The notes beneath the pieces are model-generated. The model made no database searches, was not told the DNA's origin, and saw nothing but the letters and a program-made list of their open reading frames with translations. Of a DNA stretch of 64,000 bases, positions 58,578-64,000 are shown one piece after another. Location: contig CAYHRK010000001.1 of the NCBI GenBank assembly GCA_964358795.1, forward strand, positions 1,432-65,431. Direction: 5' to 3'. This stretch comes from an uncultured Vicinamibacterales bacterium. GTDB lineage: Bacteria; Acidobacteriota; Vicinamibacteria; Vicinamibacterales; JAKQTR01. Numbering within the stretch: the stretch's first letter is position 1; the number at the start of each line of letters is the position of its first letter. Both the position numbers and the translations under genes were made by a program.

Positions 58578-59714
58578 ATGAAATCCCTTCTTGCATGCTG
58601 TGACGCGGAGCTGGGGTGGATGGTCGACGCCATCGAGGAATTGGTGGCGTGTGAGTCGCCCACCACCGACAAGACGGCCGTCGACGCCTGCGGCCGGCAG
58701 CTGGCCCGGCGATTGTCCAGCTTGGGCGGCCGCATCGAGTGGTTCCCGCGCGCCAATGCAGGGGATCACCTGCTGGCCGAATTCGGCTGCGGCACCAGGC
58801 AGATCCTGTTGCTCGGCCACCTCGACACGGTCTGGCCGCTGGGTGAGCTTGCGAGACGACCGCTGCGACGGGAGGGGCATCTGCTGTACGGCCCGGGTGT
58901 CTTTGACATGAAAGCGGGCCTGGCACTCGCCATGCAGGCCGTTCGCGCGCTGGCGGCATCGTGCGCCGGACTGCCGGGGCGCGTCACGTGGCTGCTAACC
59001 AGCGACGAAGAGACCGGCAGCGCCACCTCGCGTACCTTGATTGAGGACGAAGCCCGGCGAAGCGTGGCGGTACTCGTGCTGGAACCGCCGCTGCCGGGCG
59101 GCGCGCTGAAAACCATGAGAAAGGGCTGCGGCGAATTCGTGCTCAGGATCGCCGGCCGACCCACCCACGCCGGCATCGAGCCGGAGCGCGGCGCGAGCGC
59201 CATCCACGAGCTGGCCCGGCAGATCCTGGCCATCGAGGCGCTTGCCGAACCCGCACGCGGGCTGACGTTGAATGTTGGCGTGGTTCGGGGCGGAACCCGC
59301 ACAAACGTGGTGGCGGCCCAAGCCGAAGCGGTCATCGACGTGCGCGTGTCATCCATGGCGGATGCCTCGCGCATCAGCGAGTCCTTGCACGCGTTGACCC
59401 CTCAGACACCGGGCACGACACTCGAGGTCAGCGGTGGGATCGACCGGCCGCCGTTTGAACGCACGCCTGCTGTGGCCAGCCTGTTCCGCCAGGCCCGCAG
59501 CGTGGCGGCAGACCTGGGGCGAGAGCTTGGCGAAGGCGCCACCGGTGGAGGTTCGGACGGAAACCTGACCGCCGCGATTGGCGTCCCAACACTAGACGGG
59601 CTGGGAGCCATCGGCGGCGGCGCCCACGCGCTCGACGAGCACGTGAACGTGTCCGAACTGCCCTGGCGCGCGGCGCTGCTGGCCGGCCTGATACGCCGGC
59701 TCCTGGCTGACTAG
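58578..59714 (+). CDS. M20-family metallopeptidase (carboxypeptidase G2/glutamate carboxypeptidase-like)
   Basis: 378 aa from ATG at 58578 (MKSLLACCDAELGWMVD). Motifs LLGHLDTVWP, GPGVFDMKAG, TSDEETGS, GGGSDGN. Confidence 0.8.
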   Translation: MKSLLACCDAELGWMVDAIEELVACESPTTDKTAVDACGRQLARRLSSLGGRIEWFPRANAGDHLLAEFGCGTRQILLLGHLDTVWPLGELARRPLRREGHLLYGPGVFDMKAGLALAMQAVRALAASCAGLPGRVTWLLTSDEETGSATSRTLIEDEARRSVAVLVLEPPLPGGALKTMRKGCGEFVLRIAGRPTHAGIEPERGASAIHELARQILAIEALAEPARGLTLNVGVVRGGTRTNVVAAQAEAVIDVRVSSMADASRISESLHALTPQTPGTTLEVSGGIDRPPFERTPAVASLFRQARSVAADLGRELGEGATGGGSDGNLTAAIGVPTLDGLGAIGGGAHALDEHVNVSELPWRAALLAGLIRRLLAD

Positions 59715-59749
59715 GTCCGCAAGGTAGAATGCTGCTGAGGAGCGCCATC

Positions 59750-60586
59750 ATGGGAAATGCTGTCAAGACGACGTTGCTGCTCGGGTTGTTGAGCGGCGTG
59801 CTGCTGGTTCTGGGGGAGCGGTTCGGTGGATCGGGCGGCCTGATGATGGCCTTTGGCATCGCCGTCGTGATGAATCTCGGATCGTACTGGTTCTCCGACA
59901 AGATCGTGTTGGCGATGTACAAAGCCACGCCGGTGGGTCCCGACCATCGGTTGTCGCAGGTGGTGGCACGCCTTGCGCAACGCGCCGGGCTGCCAATGCC
60001 CAAGGTCTATCTGATTCCGGATCCGTCTCCCAACGCGTTTGCCACGGGACGCAACCCGTCGCATGCGGCAGTCGCGGCAACCGAAGGCATCCTGCGCCTG
60101 CTCGATGATCGCGAACTGGAAGGCGTGATGGCGCACGAACTGGCACACGTCAAGCACCGCGACATCCTGATCAGCTCGATTGCGGCAACGATGGCGGCGG
60201 CCATCATGATGGTGGCGCGCATGGCGCAGTTTGCGGCATTTTTTGGCGGCGGACGAAGCGACGATCGCGAAGGCTCCAATCCGATTGCCATGCTCGCCAC
60301 GATTCTGCTGGCGCCCATCGCGGCCATGCTGATTCAGTCAGCGATCTCGCGGTCCCGGGAATTCGGTGCCGATCGCGGCGGCGCGGAGATTGCCGGGACG
60401 CCCTACGGGCTCGTCGATGCGCTGCGCAAGCTGGAGTCCGCATCCAAACGCATTCCGATGGACGCCAACCCCGCCACCGCGCACATGTTCATCGTGAAGC
60501 CATTCAGCGTGTCGGGCATGCTCGCGATCTTCAGCACGCATCCGCCAACCGAAGCCCGCATCAGGGCGCTTGTCGGGCAGATCTAG
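59750..60586 (+). CDS. htpX: Membrane zinc metalloprotease HtpX (M48 family)
   Basis: 278 aa from ATG at 59750, preceded by GAGGAG with a 7-nt spacer (track start is ATG at 59729). Motifs NAFATGRNP, HELAHVKHRD (HExxH), STHPPTEARI. Confidence 0.9.
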   Translation: MGNAVKTTLLLGLLSGVLLVLGERFGGSGGLMMAFGIAVVMNLGSYWFSDKIVLAMYKATPVGPDHRLSQVVARLAQRAGLPMPKVYLIPDPSPNAFATGRNPSHAAVAATEGILRLLDDRELEGVMAHELAHVKHRDILISSIAATMAAAIMMVARMAQFAAFFGGGRSDDREGSNPIAMLATILLAPIAAMLIQSAISRSREFGADRGGAEIAGTPYGLVDALRKLESASKRIPMDANPATAHMFIVKPFSVSGMLAIFSTHPPTEARIRALVGQI

Positions 60587-60593
60587 TTCCGCT

Positions 60594-61511
60594 TCAGAGC
60601 AGATAGGCGGCGGCAAACCCGATCTGCGCGGCAAACATCATGCGGTACATGTGGGCCCAGGACACGTGGTTGGCTTCCACCGCCAGTTCGTGTGGCCGCC
60701 GCAACATCAGGAAGCAGACGTACAGCCCGTAGACGGTCATCAGCAGGCCCAGTGCCTGCAGCAGCCAGAAGTTGCCGGTGAGGATGCCGGCCCACGCACC
60801 GACTGGAATCAGCAGAAACGGCAGCACGAACGACGGCGAGATCATCCAGGCTGCTCTCGAGACGCCGTACTGGAGCGGCAGCGTGCGGCACCCTCCCTGC
60901 GCGTCGCCCTTCATGTCGGCGAAGTCCTTCGTCGTGGTGGCGCCCAGCAGAAACAGCCCGAAGATGGCCCCCAGGAACCACGGCTCGATCCCCGCGGCGG
61001 TTTTCACCGACGACCACCCGGCCACCTTCAGCAGCACCCCTCGCGGTATCGCGATCGTCACGTTGGCCCAGATGCCGAGCCGCTTCGTGCGAAACGGCGG
61101 AACCGAGTAGAGCGTCGTGATGAGCGTGGCGGCCACGACCATCCAGAAGCACTCGTGGCGCCCGCCCGGCGAGACGAACCACGCCAGCGCGAAGGCGACG
61201 GCGAAACTGACGAGCGTCACGGCCCACGCCTCGCGAAGCGTCATCCGGCCGCTTGGCAGCGGGCGCGACGGCTTGTTCACACGATCGATCGCAAGGTCGA
61301 AGATCTGGTTGAGGCCATTGGAGGCCACGTTCAGGACCGCCGCCATGATGGAGCCGAGCACGGGCGGCACCAGTAGTCCCCACGTCCACGTCTCGTGCGG
61401 GTGCGCGCCGATGGCCGTGGCGGCCGCCGACGCAAAGCCGAGCGCCGGGGCAATCAGCGTAAACGGTCTGGCGAAGTCGTCGATCGTGTGCAGTCGTTCC
61501 GAGAACGTCAC
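60594..61511 (-). CDS. UbiA-superfamily prenyltransferase (motifs closest to the ChlG/BchG/DGGGP-synthase/HPT group)
   Basis: 305 aa from GTG at 61511 (GTGA overlap with the upstream stop at 61508-61510). First Asp-rich motif NQIFDLAIDRVNKPSRPLPSG. Second motif KDFADMKGD...GCRTLP. About 8 TM segments. The 723-aa track ORF is a 5' extension. Confidence 0.8.
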   Translation of the reverse strand: MTFSERLHTIDDFARPFTLIAPALGFASAAATAIGAHPHETWTWGLLVPPVLGSIMAAVLNVASNGLNQIFDLAIDRVNKPSRPLPSGRMTLREAWAVTLVSFAVAFALAWFVSPGGRHECFWMVVAATLITTLYSVPPFRTKRLGIWANVTIAIPRGVLLKVAGWSSVKTAAGIEPWFLGAIFGLFLLGATTTKDFADMKGDAQGGCRTLPLQYGVSRAAWMISPSFVLPFLLIPVGAWAGILTGNFWLLQALGLLMTVYGLYVCFLMLRRPHELAVEANHVSWAHMYRMMFAAQIGFAAAYLL

Positions 61512-62842
61512 ACCCACCTCGTCAAACCCAGGGCAACGATGGCGCCCGTCGCCGTGTTGATGAAGTTCAGCATATCGTTGTTCACGATGCCTGGCGCCTC
61601 GAGTGTCGCCGCCAGGGCGCTTTCCACGAGCGAACCCACCACCGCGCCGGTCACCGCGCACCAGACGAGCGAGGCAGGCAGCAGACCCAGCCACGTGGCC
61701 AGCGACGCCAGCACGAGCGCGCCGAGCACGCCGGCCGCCGTGCCCTCGAGTGACATGGCGCCTGGTGTGCCCGGTTTCACCTCGGCCATCGTCGTCACCA
61801 GGTAGGTCCTTCGGCCCCAGGCTTTCCCGATCTCGCTGGCGATCGTGTCGCTGCCGCCGGTGACGAGGGCCGCCACGAACGCCACCAGGGCGGCGTCGTG
61901 ATACGGCGTGAACACGGCGGCCAGCGCGGCAATCGCCGCCAGCCCGGTGTTGGCGAACGCGTTGCCTCCGCCGCGGCGGCCGCCACGCTCCTCCGCAATG
62001 CCAAGCAAGGCTTTGCGCCGAAAGCCAAGCCTCGACGACATCGCCGCAGCCAGAAACGTCGTGAACAGCAACACCCAGCCCGGCCATCCCGTGCACGCGT
62101 ACACCGCCACGCCGATGGCCCATCCGGTGATCATGCCGGACGCCCGAACCGTGCCGACTCTCCATCCGCCGATGGCGACTACCGTATTCACCGCGAGCGC
62201 CGCCGGTGCAGACGCGGCCACAGCCAGCAGTGAGGCACGGGCTGCATCCATCGTGACCAGGCTGGCCAGCCACAACGAGGCGCCGGCAACGGCCGGCACC
62301 GACAAATTGTCGTCGAGCTGCACCGGCAGCGATTCGGCCAGACCTGCCAACACGGCGGCTGCGATCGGCGCCATCACGATGAAGGCCACCGGCGGAACTG
62401 GAACCACGGTTGGAGACATCCACCACGCCAGCAGGATGCCGGCCGCCGATCCAGCCACCACGAAGGCGATCAGGCCTTCCCAGGTCTTCGCCGGATTCCA
62501 GCTCAGGCGATGGTGACCGTAGGCGCGGCCGGCCAGCGTGGCGCAGCCATCGCCACAGGCAAGAATGCCCCAGGCGCTGGCCGCGATATCGAGGCGTGCC
62601 GGGAACGCAAGAATCAACAGGAGCACAGACAGCGGGTACAGCACAATGCCGAGTGGATACCCGCGCGCGCGGTCGACTGGCCGGTCGAGCGAACCGCCGG
62701 CGAGCCTTGGCAGCACGAACGCGTTGACGATCAGCGCCGCGATCGCGCACAGGGCCGCCTGCCACCAGGTGAGCGCCCGCAAGCAGAGCGCGAACCCGCT
62801 CATGGAGATGTGCACGATCTGGCGGCGCGTTTCTGAAGACAC
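61508..62842 (-). CDS. Fusion protein: N-terminal CTP-dependent prenol kinase domain (dolichol/phytol kinase, VTE5-like) + C-terminal DUF92/TMEM19 domain (VTE6-like)
   Basis: 444 aa with a GTG start at 62842. N-terminal half has RRQIVHISMSG and GDGCATLAGRAYGHHRLSWNPAKTWEGLIAFVVAG (the D..A...G...G...K(S/T)xEG motif of dolichol/phytol kinases) and no CdsA PGHGG motif. C-terminal half has RGGGNAFANTGLAA, GGSDTIASEIGKAWG, PGTPGAMSLEGTAAG, VNNDMLNFINT (DUF92 hallmarks as I recall them). Confidence 0.7.
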   Translation of the reverse strand: MSSETRRQIVHISMSGFALCLRALTWWQAALCAIAALIVNAFVLPRLAGGSLDRPVDRARGYPLGIVLYPLSVLLLILAFPARLDIAASAWGILACGDGCATLAGRAYGHHRLSWNPAKTWEGLIAFVVAGSAAGILLAWWMSPTVVPVPPVAFIVMAPIAAAVLAGLAESLPVQLDDNLSVPAVAGASLWLASLVTMDAARASLLAVAASAPAALAVNTVVAIGGWRVGTVRASGMITGWAIGVAVYACTGWPGWVLLFTTFLAAAMSSRLGFRRKALLGIAEERGGRRGGGNAFANTGLAAIAALAAVFTPYHDAALVAFVAALVTGGSDTIASEIGKAWGRRTYLVTTMAEVKPGTPGAMSLEGTAAGVLGALVLASLATWLGLLPASLVWCAVTGAVVGSLVESALAATLEAPGIVNNDMLNFINTATGAIVALGLTRWV

Positions 62843-62845
62843 GGG

Positions 62846-63814
62846 TTAGCCTTCGGCGGGCTGGCCACCAGCCTGCGGGCCCCTGGCCAGCGAGGCGATC
62901 ACTCGGCTGATGCCTTCGTCAAGCGGAGTGACACGGTACCCAAGTTCCTCCTGAGCCAGCACGCAGCCCAGCGGCCAGTCGTGCAGCAGAATCTCCAGCG
63001 TGCCGGTCGTCAGGCGCGGGATGCCCCCGAACCACGAGACACGCAGTTCATCGGCCAGTGCCGCCCCGGCCGCCAACCAGGCCGGCAGACGGCGCGGCAG
63101 CGGATGGCCGGTGAGGCGTCGCACCAATTCGAACACACGCATGGGAGGCGCATCCTCGCCGCCCAGCAGATACCGCTGCCCGAGGCGACCCCGGTCGAGC
63201 GCCGCCACGTGCGCGGCCGCCACATCGCCGATATAGGCAAACGACCAGATGCGGCCGGCGCCCACCAGTCCAGGAAGGCGTCCGGCCAGATGATCGGCGA
63301 TCAAACGGCCAACCAGGTTTCCGTCCGACAGCACGCCGGGTCCATAGATGACCCCCGGGTAGAGCGTGACGATCGGCGCCCCATGCTGGGCCGCCGCATG
63401 GGCGAGGCGATCGGCAACGGATTTGGTTCGCTGGTAATCGTTCCACGCCGGGGACTGGTCGACCCCGCCAGGAGGCAGCGCCAGAAACGACGACGTGTAG
63501 ACGACGCGGCGGATGCGATGGTGGCGGGCGGCGTCGAGCACGTTGGCGAGGCCTCCGACGTTCACCTCGTCGAACTGGCGCGCCTGTTTTCGCCACACCG
63601 CGACAAGCGCCGCGATGTGCACGATGGCGTCGCAACCGAAGGCCGTCGCCATCACGTGGCTGCTGTCCCGGATGTCTCCATCGACGAGCACACCCCGAAG
63701 CCCGCTCGCCGTCGCCGACCGGGCGAACACCGTGGTGGCATGGCCGGCCGCCTGAATGGCACCGACGACTGCTCGTCCGAGATACCCGGTTCCGCCGGTG
63801 ACCAGGACCTTCAT
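62846..63814 (-). CDS. NAD(P)-dependent SDR (epimerase/dehydratase/reductase family; HpnA/dihydroflavonol-reductase-like)
   Basis: 322 aa. Motifs VTGGTGYLGRAV, YTSSFLAL, canonical YxxxK (NDYQRTKSVAD). The stop TAA lies 3 nt before the GTG of the kinase fusion. Confidence 0.8.
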   Translation of the reverse strand: MKVLVTGGTGYLGRAVVGAIQAAGHATTVFARSATASGLRGVLVDGDIRDSSHVMATAFGCDAIVHIAALVAVWRKQARQFDEVNVGGLANVLDAARHHRIRRVVYTSSFLALPPGGVDQSPAWNDYQRTKSVADRLAHAAAQHGAPIVTLYPGVIYGPGVLSDGNLVGRLIADHLAGRLPGLVGAGRIWSFAYIGDVAAAHVAALDRGRLGQRYLLGGEDAPPMRVFELVRRLTGHPLPRRLPAWLAAGAALADELRVSWFGGIPRLTTGTLEILLHDWPLGCVLAQEELGYRVTPLDEGISRVIASLARGPQAGGQPAEG

Positions 63815-63821
63815 GCCGGCC

Positions 63822-64000
63822 TCACACCTGTTGCCGCCAATGATCGAGCAGGTCGCGAAGCGTCTGGTGAAGTGGCACGATAGCCACCCACCCCGTATCG
63901 CGGGTGATACGCGAGTGGTCGCCGAGCAGCAACGGTGTGTCGTTGGGACGGAACCGATCGGGATCTTGTCGCACCTCGACCGGCACGCGTGAGTGGGCGA
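63822..64000 (-). CDS. 3' end of an NAD-dependent epimerase/dehydratase/reductase gene (GDP-sugar reductase/dehydratase-like C-terminus); 5' part is outside the window
   Basis: Own translation gives ...AHSRVPVEVRQDPDRFRPNDTPLLLGDHSRITRDTGWVAIVPLHQTLRDLLDHWRQQV*. The pattern D..R.RP.D.P.L.GD..++...TGW.P...L..TL.DLL..WR is typical of the family C-terminus. Stop TGA at 63822-63824, 7 nt before the next ATG. Confidence 0.6.
   Translation of the reverse strand, partial: AHSRVPVEVRQDPDRFRPNDTPLLLGDHSRITRDTGWVAIVPLHQTLRDLLDHWRQQV

Noticed and set aside
60594-62765. 723-aa track ORF taken at face value
   Set aside because: Only the last 305 aa (from GTG at 61511) form a UbiA-family protein. The extension overlaps the kinase-fusion gene out of frame.

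Overview
GC-rich bacterial chromosomal segment (about two-thirds G+C by eye, not computed), densely packed with operonic housekeeping and envelope genes. The gene content (a GT9 heptosyltransferase-type LPS gene, the dcw gene order, RpoD, GC-rich REP-like palindromes) fits a diderm soil lineage such as Acidobacteriota. That taxonomic guess is inference only.

Layout:
(1) 1-17023, minus strand: a ~17 kb, 15-gene translationally coupled envelope-glycan operon. It encodes a Wzx-like flippase, a radical SAM/SPASM enzyme, SDRs, a DegT aminotransferase, GT9, two GT4, four Dpm1/GtrB/ArnC-type GT2 and two GT-C membrane transferases.
(2) ychF (17041-18144) lies 17 nt upstream of that operon.
(3) 18307-32843, plus strand: the dcw cluster mraZ-rsmH-ftsL-ftsI-murE-murF-murD-ftsW-murC-ftsQ-ftsA-ftsZ. 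It has a recognisable promoter and a 10-bp-phased MraZ-box operator. It has no mraY, murG, murB or ddl. A 213-bp, heavily structured spacer separates murD and ftsW.
(4) A REP-like palindrome cluster, then a B12-type radical SAM gene, a SpoVG-like gene, acpS, an RNase H gene, a COG1579 zinc-ribbon gene, tRNA-Met(CAU), rpoD, dnaG and mutS2.
(5) larB, a processive GT2 beta-glycan synthase with a small membrane partner, lepA, lepB, hutI, divIVA, yggS, a TPR protein, a dinG-like helicase, glyA, rpiB, rlmI, an M20 peptidase and htpX.
(6) 60594-64000, minus strand: an SDR - SDR - (prenol-kinase::DUF92 fusion) - UbiA prenyltransferase operon. This is my top candidate for an under-described system.

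I saw no CRISPR array, rRNA, transposase, integrase, phage genes or recognisable defence genes. Many long ORFs in the supplied track are antisense shadow ORFs typical of a high-GC genome and were not called. All start codons were chosen by hand from overlaps, SD-like motifs and family N-termini, and may be off by some codons.
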